Assembly: GCA_951406725.2 (NCBI GenBank)
Contig: OX597838.1
Coordinates: 15,996,001 to 16,060,000 of the forward strand
DNA: 64,000 bases
Direction: 5' to 3'
Source: Octopus vulgaris
Taxonomy: Eukaryota
Shown: in pieces, positions 12,658-26,010 of the stretch
Position numbering within the stretch: the stretch's first letter is position 1
Layout: every line of letters starts with the position of its first letter
Notes under the pieces: generated by a model
Databases searched by the model: none
Told to the model about the DNA's origin: nothing
The model's input: the letters and a program-made list of their open reading frames with translations, nothing else
Program-made: the position numbers and the translations under genes

Positions 12658-12956
12658 CCTTCCTTCTTGAGCCATGCCTGGCTCATTAGGGCCGGTTTCC
12701 CGGTTTCCTTGGCGTATAGGTTCCCCACCTGGACGGGACGCCGGTCCATCGCAGGTGAGCTGCAAGATGCAGGAAGAAAGAGTGAGAGAAAGTTGTGGCG
12801 AAAGAGTCAGCAGAAGTTCGCCATTACCTTCTGCCGGAGTCGCGTGGAGCTTTGGTGTTTCGCTCATAAACACACACATCGCCCGGTCTGAGATTCGAAC
12901 CCGCGATCCATCGACCGCGAGTCCGCTGCTCTAACCACTAGGCCATGTGCCTCCAC
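12658..12956 (-). mobile_element. SINE family C, tail variant 2
   Basis: tRNA-like head GGAGGCACATGGCCTAGTGGTTAGAGC...GGTTCGAATC, tail GCGATGGACCGGCGTCCCGTCCAGG...(AAGG)n. TSD ATATTAAAGGTTT at 12645-12657 and 12957-12969. Confidence 0.92.
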
Positions 12957-13289
12957 ATATTAAAGGTTTATTAGTGAATGTCACGTCTTATTTTGTGTTT
13001 GTTTGTCTCTATAAATTTCCTATAAAATTCAGAGCCAGCGCTGAAAGTTAACGATGCTTTGTATACGAACACGTTTATGTAAGCATGTAAGCAATGCGAC
13101 GGGAAATAGAAAGAAATAAGTAATGGGTGTATCAGGACCACATGCAACCCTTCAACTATCCACAATATAGATATATGAAAATGTGTATATGTGTATGTGT
13201 GTGTATCGATATAGCTATAGATATACAATTAGATATTGATACACACAAATATGCACATACATGCAAGTATACATAAATACATCTTCTGA

Positions 13290-13600
13290 GACCCCCTTCG
13301 GTCATGACTGACCATGGGATTGCACCTAGAAAGTTACCATCCCAGGCACAAGTCCAGGCAAGATTGTTTTTATGGAAGACCAGCAGTCGCCCATGCATAC
13401 CGGCCTCCCCTCACCATGCCACCAGTGTTATCCAAGGCAAAGGCTGATACAGCTTGGTACCTGTGACGTCACAACTAATTTCTACAGCTGAGTGAACTGG
13501 AGCAACGTGTAATCAAAAGTGTCTACAACATACAGCCCGGTCCGGGGTTCGAACTCAGAACTTCACGATCGTAAGCTCGGCGCTCTAACCACTGAGCCAT
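13290..13600 (-). mobile_element. SINE family D
   Basis: Head GGCTCAGTGGTTAGAGCG...GTTCGAACCCC, body CACGTTGCTCCAGTTCACTCAGCTG, tail ...CATGACCGAAGGGGGTC. Confidence 0.85.
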
Positions 13601-13801
13601 TTCTGGAACACACCCTAATGTTCTCTTTATTGACAAAAATCAGGAGCGTCGACTTATTATTCGAATCTAGAAAAGTCGCCCATACCACGTGATCCAGACA
13701 TTTCCGAAAGAGCATTACTATTTTGCTTGATTCAAGCTGTGAGGAAGATAGCCACATCTCATTGTGGTCAATAAAGAGAACATTAGGATGTGTTCCGGAA
13801 A
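13600..13801. repeat. ~200-bp inverted-repeat element (MITE-like)
   Basis: TTTCTGGAACACACCCTAATGTTCTCTTTATTGAC ... GTCAATAAAGAGAACATTAGGATGTGTTCCGGAAA. Confidence 0.85.
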
Positions 13802-14214
13802 TCTAAATTTAGTGATTCAAGATCGTCAAAGAAATGACTTCGCTATTATATCAAACCCACGCGCATTTACGTAATTGATTCTACTTGTCGATAATTTGGG
13901 CGGAGAATAAGTAACAGAGGTTACTTACCTGCATCCAGGGCATAAACAATTCGACTTTTCAAACTTCTTGAAAATTCCACTTGTTGCACGTCATAAGCTG
14001 CTTCAACTCCGAAAGTAACCATGTCAAGTGGGAACTTTAATAACAACAGTTTAAAGACTTCTGACGTGGTCTTTACTGGAAGTCTTCCACGTGCAAGCCT
14101 TTGGAAGTTGATCGAGACCTCATCTTATTTTCTTTGATGTTTTGCGTCAACTCAGCGTTCTTGCCTTGGGGATCAGTGAAGTTGATAAACATGTCTTTAT
14201 ATTATTGTTGCGGT

Positions 14215-14325
14215 CGATAAATAAAGTACCAGTTACGCACTGGGGTAGATGTGATCGACTTAATCCCTTTGTCTGTCTTTGTTTGTCCCCTCTATGTTTA
14301 GCCCCTTGTGGGCAATAAAGAAATA
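14215..14325 (+). mobile_element. SINE family A, 5'-truncated
   Basis: 17-bp TSD TATATTATTGTTGCGGT at 14198-14214 and 14326-14342. Confidence 0.9.
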
Positions 14326-14632
14326 TATATTATTGTTGCGGTTGTTTTTGCAGTTGTTCCGTAGTTGTTTTGTAGTTTTTCTTTTCTTTTCTTTTCTTTT
14401 ATTTTATTTCATTTTATTTATTATCATTTAATATTTTTTGCTGTGATTGTCGCAATCGCTGTTCAACACCCCCACCCCCGTTGCTGTTTATGGCCAACTT
14501 TCGGCTTTTGCTGTTGTTGCGACAATGAATTTGATTGGTGCGTTGTTTTTGTAATGCTATTCTTCGAATTCTATTGGTGGATGTTTTAGTTTGCGGGACT
14601 TTAGACATCCCTTCGAACTTTTAAAATGTTTG

Positions 14633-15656
<1,024 letters not shown>

Positions 15657-15831
15657 AGCAAAAACTGAAAATATTCAGATGATGAACACTCGCGTATAAG
15701 CATAACATGATACGATTGGTAAATATGGTCATTTTCTAAAATAATTTGTCAATAAATATACTTTCAATGTCTTTTGTCTGTTGAAAGAGGCTGGAAAAAA
15801 CCCGACGACAACACTTCTCTTCTCTTCGGTC

Positions 15832-16321
15832 ATTTCCGAAACAAATGCACAACAAAAATGTTTAATAACAATGGTCAAATGGTCAAACTAACTATTGTTT
15901 CCTAACTTATTGGCTGTTAAGCAATAATAATAACGATAATTTTTTTATATTGGTACAAAGCTGAGAATCTTGTTGAAGGGATAAAATCAATTATATCTCT
16001 CTTAGCACTTGGTTGATATTTGTTTTTTATCTAGCCCCAAAAGTAGGAAAACAAATTTGATTTCGGCCATAACTAAATTTCCGAAACAAATGCACAACAA
16101 AAATGTTTAATAACAATGGTCAAATGCCCAAACTAACTATTGTTTCCTAACTTACTGGCTGTTAAGCAATAATAATCACGATAATTTTTTTTATATTGGT
16201 ACAAAGCTGAGAATCTTGGTAAAGGGATAAAATCAATTATATCTCTCTTAGCACTTGATATTTGTTTTTTTATCTCGCCCCAAAAGTACGAAAACAAATT
16301 TAATTTCGGCCATAACTAAAT
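15832..16321 (+). repeat. Tandem duplication of a ~245-bp unit
   Basis: ATTTCCGAAACAAATGCACAAC...TTCGGCCATAACTAAAT occurs at 15832-16076 and 16077-16321. Confidence 0.95.
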
Positions 16322-16852
16322 ACCGCAAGACATTTTATCTGCGTATCTATTGATTGTCATTTGTCACCATCCTTAAAAAGAAGCTGCAATAAAACCTTTA
16401 TGGCTATTTTTATTAGCCATAGTTCTTGGAAAACTAGTGATCGTCTGCGTTGACCATTTTGGCATTTAAGAATTTTTAAAAAAGGCATCATTTTGATAGC
16501 GTGTTTGAGGAAAAAGTAACATGAGAATATACGGCTTCCTCGTACCGCACACAGACTAACTCATATTAGAACTACAAACAACGAGCAATCAAAAGGAAGC
16601 TTTATTGAATGTATTAACCACTTCCGGTCGACCAACAACAAGTTTATCTACCACCCAATGTTTGAGAAAACATGACCAACTGCTGATATTGCGGTCGTTG
16701 GTAAATGTTTTGTAATAAGTGGGCGGGAGAGGGATGCAAGAGAGATGGGAGGAGAAGGAAAGCCAGGAGGAGAATGCGAAATGTATTGCTTCATCTTGAA
16801 ACAATTAACTGCAAGTGAGAGGGAGAGGAAGAGAGAGAAGAAGAATAAAGAA

Positions 16853-16888
<36 letters not shown>

Positions 16889-17170
16889 GCACATATGCAC
16901 ACACAGACGTACACACACAGTCATAGGGAGAGAGGGAAAAGAGAGATGAAGAAGGGTGGAAGAGGCTGACTAGCGGGGAAAAAATGACTGACAGAAGATG
17001 CATGAATGAACGCGAACGTATTTGCGTGTCTAACTTTGTGTGTGTAGATATTACATTATCAGCTGTAAAGCGACGTAAGTGATTCGGGGTCGAGCGCTCT
17101 ATTGTAGATACATATTTGAGAAGAAGACCACTACTGAGACCAGCGAGTAATGGATCAAAATGATTGCTTT

Positions 17171-17556
17171 GTGGAGGCGCAATGGCCCAGTGGTTAGGGC
17201 AGCGGACTCGCGGTCATAGGATCGCGGTTTCGATTCCCAGACCGGGCGTTGTGAGTGTTTAATGAGCGAAAACACCTAAAAGCTCCACGAGGCTCCGGCA
17301 GGGGATGGTGGTGATCCCTGCTGTACTCTTTCACCACAACTTTCTCTCACTCTTACTTCCTGTTTCTGTTGTACCTGTATTTCAAAGGGCCGGTCTTGTC
17401 ACTCTCTGTGTCACGCTGAATATCCCCGAGAACTACGTTAAGGGTACACGTGTCTGTGGAGTGCTCAGCCACTTGCACGTTAATTTCACGAGCAGGCTGT
17501 TCCGTTGATTTGGATCAACCGGAACCCTCATCGTCGTAACCGACGGAGTGCTTCCG
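17171..17556 (+). mobile_element. SINE family C, full length, tail variant 1
   Basis: Head GGAGGCGCAATGGCCCAGTGGTTAGGGC, tail ...GTAACCGACGGAGTGCTTCC. TSD AAAATGATTGCTT at 17157-17169 and 17557-17569. Confidence 0.95.
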
Positions 17557-17679
17557 AAAATGATTGCTTCATGGTTGGAATGATTACAGGTACGCTCAGT
17601 TTCGTGTGGTGCTAGTTGCATCGATGAATGGATGGCAGAAGGGAAACATGTGGAGCATCTTAACTCAAAACTAACATGT

Positions 17680-18295
17680 AGACGCAGGACTGGATGTGCG
17701 GTTAAGGAGCACGCTTTGCAACCAGCTGTTTTTAGGTTCAGTCCCACTGCATAGTACCTATTTCTTTAATACCCACAAGGGGCTAAACACAGAACGGACA
17801 AACAAGGACAGACAAACAGATTAAGTCGATTACATTGATCCCAGTGTGTAACTGGTACTTATTTAATCGACCCCGAAAGGATGAAAGGCAAAGTCGACCT
17901 CGGCAGAATTTGAACTCACAACGTAACGACAGACGAAATACGGCTACGCATTTCGCCCGGTGTGCTAATGTTTCTGCCAGCTCGCCGCCTATGCCAGCTC
18001 GCCGCCTATGCCAGCTCGCCGCCTATTGCTAGCTCGCCGCGTGTCTTCTACTATAGTACCAGGCCGACTAATGCCTTGAATTTGGTAGACACAAACTGTG
18101 CGGTAGCCCCCATACGTGTGTGTGTCGTGTGTCTTTGTATGTGTACATGTGTGTGTCATCGTGTTTGTGTTTTCCCCACCTCGCCTAATAACCAGTGTTG
18201 GTTTCTTTATGTCCTCATAAACTAGCGGTTTGGCAAAGAGACCGATAGAAAAAAATAAGTCGATCTGGGGTCCAGTGACTGAAACAAGTAAGAGA
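17680..18295 (+). mobile_element. Old SINE-B interrupted by an antisense SINE-A (17759-18040)
   Basis: The B head stops at ...CATAGTACC and the B body resumes at GTGTCTTCTACTATAG. The A copy has a reiterated 5' end. Confidence 0.85.
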
Positions 18296-18519
18296 CAAAA
18301 ATCCCTCACGGCGCTAGTGCCGTGCGCCACAGCCGAAGGGCCTGACACCGTCGGTGTCGTAACAGTTGGGATATTCAGTCGACATATGATGAAGAAAAAA
18401 ACCTTATAGTGTCAGCTGTATGTATTACCTTTTATCTTTTTTTGTTTTGTTTTAGTCTTTACTATAGTAAAGAACTTTACTATAAAGTTCTTAATAGTTA
18501 TTGATCGTTTATCTGCTTT

Positions 18520-18790
18520 TGTTTCTAATTATTGTAGAAATGTTGATTATCTGGTTCTTTTAAGACCATTTCCCTCCGGTGGATCTTGTCCATTGTTATA
18601 ATGGCTCCTCCTTTGTCAACTTCTTTAACTATAAATGAATTTTTCTGTAGACATCCCAATGCTTTTTGTTCTCCATTCAAAATGTTTGGTTTTATTTGGT
18701 CTGTTGGAATATTTGAGTTTGCAGATCTTTTCAAACACATTATGTATCCCTCTAAATATTTATTCCTGTTCATTGGAGTTTAAATACTGT
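18520..18790 (-). pseudogene. Penelope-like RT N-terminal fragment
   Basis: NILNGEQKALGCLQKNSFIVKEVDKGGAIITMDK resembles the PLE motif IKxADKGGxxVxMD. Confidence 0.75.
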
Positions 18791-19451
18791 TTTGTTTTTC
18801 ACAAGTGATGTGTGTGTGTGTATAGTTTGGCACCTTGGATTCTATACTGTTTTCTCCCCCATCCTTCTCTAATTCCCTTTTCTCCCCTTTACCGTTTTCT
18901 ATCTGTCTCGCTCTCCCCTCTTTCTCTTTTTCTCTCGTTGCTCAAACGTTACTAACGTTCATCTTTCTTTTCCTCATGTGACCATCTTTCTTTTCCTGCA
19001 CGATGTCCTAAGGACTTGACGTCTTCTATCTTTTCTCTTTACAGAGAAAATATTTCTCCCAGCGTTCACCATTTTCCCCTCGTTCTGGTCAAACGATCCA
19101 CCATGTTTGTTTTCGTTCGGTTTCCTTGTATGTCTCCATTGTCATGTTTTTGTTCCAAACTTTGACCCTCCATAAATAAAAAATTTTGGTATTTATGGGA
19201 GAAACTGTCTTGAATGCTCGAAATGGAGAGTGGATAGACAGCCGGCAACTGGTGAAGGATCATTCTTTGTGTTACTTGTCCTGTTTTCCATTTTCATCTC
19301 TCGTTGTTAGCGTATTTAAATCGTTTATTTTCGTACTTCATGTTGTTTACTGTTGGTGATGAGCTCTACCCATAAATGCATATATATATATATATATATA
19401 TCATTTATATGTGCGTGTGTGTGTGTGTTTTTTAATGTATGTATGTATGTG

Positions 19452-19487
<36 letters not shown>

Positions 19488-19859
19488 TGTATGTATGTAT
19501 GTATGTATGTATGTATGTATGCATGCATGCATGCATGCATGTATGTATGTATGCATATATTCATATTTATGTACACAAATATTTAACGATTTTTCCACCT
19601 TGATGAAGGTGGCTGGTTTTATAGTAATTTTTATCCGAATCTCTACTGGTAATATGTTCTTGATTTTTTGCACACTCCATCTACCAATAACGAACATTAC
19701 AAAAATTACTTAGCTCCGAGTTCCAGAAACAGCTGTCGGACTTAAAATACCATACCATAACTCCTCCACTCAGTTTTCTTTATTTATTGTACTGTATGTA
19801 AATTTATTTATTTTAAAGATATATAAATATCTATGTGCTTATACACGACTCCTATTTTT

Positions 19860-20472
19860 CTTTTATTCTTTTACTTGTTTCAGTCATTTGACTGCAGCCG
19901 CCATGCTGGAGCACCGCCTTGAGGGGTTTAAGTCGAACAAATCGAACCCCAGGACTTATTGTTTTAAAGTCCAGTACATATCTTATATGTCCTTTTTGCA
20001 GAACCGTTATGTTACGGGACGTAAGCACACCAACACCGATTGTCAGGTGGTAATGGGGAACAAACGCAGACGCAAAGACACATACCTAAATATCAAGGTA
20101 CCACATAGTGGGACTGAACCCAGAACCATGTAGTTGGGAAGCAAGCTTCTTACCATACAGCCACGAATGCACCTATATACAATCGTTCATCCGATGAATA
20201 TTTTCAGTTTTTACTTATCTCTCTATATATCCAAATATATATATATATATATATATATACAGATAGATAGACAGATAGATAGATAGATAGATAGATATAC
20301 ATATATACGACGGGCTTCTTTTAGTTTCCGTCTACCAAATCCACTCACAAGGCTTTGGTCGGCCCGAGGCCATAGTAGAAGACACTCGCCCAAGGTGCCA
20401 CGCAGTGGGACTGAACCCGGAACCATGTGGTTCATAAGCAAGCTACTTACCACACAGCCACTCCTACGCCTA
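19860..20472 (-). mobile_element. Two partial SINE-B copies (about 19860-20175 and 20300-20472)
   Basis: Reverse-complement matches to the B tail and B head. Confidence 0.8.
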
Positions 20473-20479
20473 TATACAC

Positions 20480-20546
<67 letters not shown>

Positions 20547-21034
20547 TATATGAACGTGTCCGCGAATGTTTGTGTGTCTGTGTGTGTGTGTGTGTGTGCG
20601 TGAGCAAGTGTGCTTTCGTGCGTGTATGTGTGTGTATGTGTGCTGTGGGGAAAGTGTTAGGGAAGCCGAGATAAAGAGAGAGAGAGCAGGGGAAGGGGGA
20701 GAATATGAAGATGAGATAATTGATTAGAGACGGAAGGAGCCTCTGTTTTACACACCCTAAGTATCCCCTGGTGGGTAGTTTACTTATTGAATTAACCACA
20801 AATATGTGTTCTGTGGCAAAATATTTATCCCACCGTCTCTTCAGCTAAAACTACCATAATCACCATCAGCACCATTAGCATCGTCATCATCGAAGCTGCC
20901 ATCGACATTAGAAAAAAAATGGGATGATTCTCTTCCCAGCTGGCACGTGCGATGGTAATGTACCTAACTTGTATGTACGCGTATATAGCACGCTTATAAA
21001 AGTACAAAGAGAAACACGTGCGTGTGTATATATG

Positions 21035-21450
21035 TACTCTTTTACTCTGTTACTCTTTTACTTGTTTCAGTCATTTGACTGCGGCCATGCTGGAGCACCG
21101 CCTTTAGTCGAGCAAATCGACCCCGGGACTTATTCTTTGTAAGCCCAGTACTTTATTCTATCGGTCTCTTTTGCCGAACCGCTACGTTACGGGGACGTAA
21201 ACACACCAGCATCGGTTGTCAAGCAATGCTAGGAGGACAAACACAGACACACAAACATACACACATATATATACATACACATATACGACGGGCTTCTTTC
21301 AGTTTCCGTCTACCAAATTCACTCACAAGGCTTTGGTTGGCCCGAGGCTATAGTAGAAGACACTTGCCCAAGATGCCACGCAGTGGGACTGAACCCGGAA
21401 CCATGTGGTTGGTAAGCAAGCTACTAACCACACAGTCACTCCTGCGCCTA
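21035..21450 (-). mobile_element. SINE family B, full length
   Basis: Reverse complement of the family B pattern. Confidence 0.92.
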
Positions 21451-21790
21451 TGTACGTATGTATGTTTGTACGCATGTATGTATGTACGTATGTACGTATT
21501 TATATACGTATGTATATATATAATAAATTAATAAATAAAATAAAACATATGCATATATACATATATATGTACGTACCTACCTCTACATGAATATATACAC
21601 GCATATATGGGTACAGGACACCAAAAAAACGTCGATCACATTTATTTTGACGTTTTTTTGGGGTGTCCTGTACCCATATATGCATGTATATATATCGAAA
21701 CCGCGATCCTTCGATCGCGAGTTCGCTGCCCTTGAGCCTCCACACACGCACACACACATACGCACACACACACACGCGCGCGCACACACG

Positions 21791-21830
<40 letters not shown>

Positions 21831-22242
21831 CACACACACACACACAAACATATATATATTAAATTTTTTATAATTATGAGTTTTATTATAATTAGGTTTG
21901 AGCAAAAAATTTGCTTCACTACATACAGAAATTTAGAAATAGCAGTTAAAACTAGCTAATTCTCTACCATAAGAAAATCTCCCAGTCAACATTACTCAAC
22001 AACCCACGCAGGCAAAGAGGAAAAAATAACGAATCCATCCGGCTTTGATTAACTGTAGACGCGTTTCGGAGTTAGATAGATGTGAAAAAGGTAAAAAGCA
22101 CATGTCCACTCGATCACTCTCACTCTTGATCAGATAAATATGTTTAATTTTTAGAGTGCTCTCAAATTTAAAATCTTGAAATACTGTACTGAATTAGCGG
22201 TTAGCGAAACGAACTTTTTGGTTAGCTGTGCCCACCACTGTA

Positions 22243-22442
22243 TGTGACCGCGTGTGTACCGTTGGCGATTTTTTTCCTCCGTCTTCCCTTCTCTGGATCT
22301 TTCCTTCTCCTATGTTTCTGACGAAGAGCTCCGCTCGAAACGGTAAACCCTCCTTCTTTCCTTCTTTCCTGAGTGTCCAATAATACTATATTTGTTCCAC
22401 GTCCTCGCGTTGTTGTGTTTTTTTGTGCTTTCATGCTTGGAT

Positions 22443-22450
<8 letters not shown>
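22243..22450 (+). mobile_element. Penelope-derived non-autonomous repeat F2 with hammerhead-like core
   Basis: GTTT-CTGACGA-A-GAGC-TCC-GCTC-GAAA-CGGTA-AAC at 22314-22348. Ends in (TA)n. Near-identical copy at 32636-32842. Confidence 0.7.
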
Positions 22451-22507
<57 letters not shown>

Positions 22508-22508
<1 letters not shown>

Positions 22509-22632
22509 CAGCCGAAATTGCTAGGATGATCCGGTTCTTGACTGAAGATTGAAGGCTTCGAATGTCCCGTCCGTGTTTTTTGTATCGTCTTCTAAATGTT
22601 TTACGTTCTTGTCCCAGTTTGTATTTTTCTGC

Positions 22633-22635
<3 letters not shown>
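22508..22635 (+). mobile_element. (TA)n-embedded repeat F3 (possibly Penelope-derived)
   Basis: TCAGCCGAAATTGCTAGGATGATCCGGTTCTTGACTGAAGATTG... also present at 28802-28925, 33518-33575 and inverted at 33622-33740. Confidence 0.7.
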
Positions 22636-22695
<60 letters not shown>

Positions 22696-22963
22696 CCCGA
22701 CGCTATAGTCGAAAGCACCTGCCCAAGGTAGCACGCAGTGGGACTGGTCCGGAGCTATGTGGTTGGGAAGCAACCTTCTTACTGCACAGCCACGCCATGG
22801 CTGCAAATCTTTGTTAATAACGACCCTAAACGCGAACCTAACGTAAGCTTTACAAGACGAGTTCATGAGTTCAGTTCCTGCGCTGACCTCTTCAAAGAGA
22901 TAAAGAGATGGGGCACCGCAGACGTCTAACAACTTTGGCTAAGTTCCTCGCCTCTGAAACAAA

Positions 22964-23172
<209 letters not shown>

Positions 23173-23592
23173 ATCTACGGGGGCCAAGATAGAGTTCCCC
23201 TTCTTCCTCCCAACAGCTTTCTTAACGATACCAGTCAACATCTTTTGCGGTGAGTACGTACTTTCCCAACGATATTACTGCATTCTTATTCGGTCCCTTA
23301 TGTATTTCTCTCGAAAGATTTTTATGTAGACATATTATTGTACTGCGTGTACTTAAAAAGCTGTTATTTTTATGCATGGAAGTGGTTGTATTCATTTTAA
23401 TTTTTTTTTATTTTTGTAGTTTAGCTTTTTAAAAAAAAACAAAAAAAAATTCGTCAGAATACATCTCAGTTACTAGCACAGAAATCATTGAGAAATTTTT
23501 TCGCTTTACAGAATTATACGCAACGCGGCATACATACATATATATATATATGTATATGAATATATGTATATGAATATATGTATATGAATATA

Positions 23593-23668
<76 letters not shown>

Positions 23669-23734
23669 TATATATATATATATATATATTCATATATATA
23701 TATTCATATACATATATTCATATACATATATATA

Positions 23735-23794
<60 letters not shown>

Positions 23795-24954
23795 GGGCTT
23801 CTTAAAGTTTCCGTCAACCAAATCCACTCACAAGGCTTTGGTCGGCCGAGGCTATAGAAGAAGACACTTGCCCTAGGTAGCACGCTGTGGGAGTGGTCCC
23901 GGAACTTATTTGTTCCCTTATGGGGTCGTTCTTTGTGTTACTTGTCTTGTTTTCCATGTTTTTCTCGTTGTTTGCGTGCTGAACTCATTTGTTTTCGTAT
24001 TTCATGTTGTTTATTGTTGGTGTCGTCCTGTACCCATATATGCATGCATGTATGTGTGTGCGTTGGGTCCTTTTTGGAACTTTCACCTCGAGTGGAGCAC
24101 ATCGACTCGAAATATGCATCAAACATGATCTGTCCGTGTCAAAACACTTTCTATCAGCATCCCAAAAGATGGTTTTATAGTTGCTAGCATCCCTGGTCGA
24201 AACATTGATATCTGCTGTAATTGCTCGCTGAAACAGTATTGCGAGCATAAGCGTTGAGGACGAAGACGGCGTGCCAAAAAAGATGTTGATTGTTGTGTGA
24301 CGGGATCTAAGGAAATGGAAGCAATTGGAATGTAGAGCGGTTCTATCTTCTGCCCTGTAGACCATCACCAGCAGCAGCGACCGCTTCGGAGGCGAGTAAC
24401 TTGTTTGACGTCAACGGCGTTCCATCTCTTCGAAGAGGTCAGCGTAGGAACTGAGTTCATTACGGACTCCACTTGGCTCCATCTTGATAAGGAAGAAGAC
24501 ATGTTTGGCATGGACGTCATAGCACTGACCATATGGCATGGCAAAACCCATTTTGGCGCCATCACACTTGACAACGGACATTTTGAGAGCGGCAAATAAC
24601 ACGTTTAAGTTATTCAATTAATTAATTAGTCATTAATTATTTCATCAGTATTGCAATTTTCATTCTGACCTTTTAAAATCTGAGTTTAAAGTGCTACCTC
24701 TAGTTGTGCTGTTCAAAGTTCGTGCGAATGGCTGTTTACTTCATTGCTACCTTTCTAGCTTTAATACGCAGCTTTTGCACCGATTTCATTAGCTTACAAT
24801 ATCAACTTATTTACAGCTATGCTTGCCTTGTCAAGCGATGGCAAACATATGGCACAGGCTTTTCATTGGATCCGAATAAACTTAATATCAAACCGCAAAG
24901 TTTTGAGAAACCTACTGATATTTAAAAGTTTTGAGAGTAATTTCAACATATTTG

Positions 24955-25333
24955 CGCAGGCAATGTGGTAAGAAGCAAGATTTCTAACCACATGGATCCA
25001 GGTTTAGCCCACTGCATGGCACCTTGGTTAAGTGTACTCTACTATAGCCTCGGTCCGACCGAAGCTCTGTAGGTGGATTTGGTAGAGGGAAACTGAAAGA
25101 AGCCCGTCGTGTATAATATATATATATATGTGTGTGTGTGTGTTTGTTCCCCACCACTTTACAACCGGTGTTAATGTCTGTACGTCCCCATAACCCAGCA
25201 GTTCAGCAAAAGGACCGATAAAATAAGTACTAGGCTTTAAAAAAATTAAGTACTGGGGTCGACTCATTCGACTAAAAATTCAAGGCGTTACCCCAGCATG
25301 GCCGCAGACATGACTAAAACAAGTAAAAGATAA
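24955..25333 (+). mobile_element. SINE family B, diverged
   Basis: Head to tail recognisable. Shares private variants with 26798-27009. Confidence 0.85.
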
Positions 25334-25339
25334 ATTAGA

Positions 25340-25955
25340 AAGTAAAAATTTCAAGTACTTTCCAAAGGCAAAGGAAAATTAAGACTATAAGAATCTTGAT
25401 GAACAGGATGCGAAACATTTTAGAGACATCCTATGGGCGGCAACGAAACGGTTTTGCCCTAGATTTACACAGTTCGTTGATCTACACAAAACAATACAAT
25501 TTATAAAATTCCAACTGGAGCAGATTTCACGGATCTGAAATTGAATGTGTTTGAGTGGCTGGGTTTAAGAGATTTAGGATATTCAGTGAGTCAACTTCTA
25601 ATCCAATCGTATTTGGAAGTGAAAATTCATTCCGCTTAAAGTTCATTTAGAAAAAAAAAAAAACTGAATGTGAATATATAAAAGAAATTGTGAATAAATA
25701 TTCAGACTTGTGAACTTTTGGGAATGTGCAATTGTTTTCTCGAAAATTTTAGTGCACTTAAAATTCTTGAAAAAGTATTCCTAGCAATTTTCTCATGAAC
25801 GTATTCATGTGAAGCATTGTTTTCTACATTGAACAAGAGAAACGGAATGGCTGATGTCATGAGTGCTGCTTGCAAAACAGCATTAAACTATATCCACTAT
25901 ATTCGTCCTATAAATTTGCTGTCTTCTCGAATTCTGCAGCAAAAAGATCATAAAA
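25340..25955 (+). pseudogene. hAT (Buster/GTF2IRD2-like) transposase C-terminal relic
   Basis: LKLNVFEWLGL...LKILEKVFLAIFS*TYSCEALFSTLN...LSSRILQQKDH resembles the hAT dimerization motif STYxCExxFS. Confidence 0.75.
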
Positions 25956-26010
25956 GTTCAGGCAGCTGTTTTTTTTTTTTAAATTTCATTATATTTCCTT
26001 AGTTTTAAAA

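Noticed and set aside
17171-17246. tRNA gene candidates at SINE heads
   Set aside because: They have A/B boxes but continue into SINE bodies bounded by TSDs, and no convincing cloverleaf was found.
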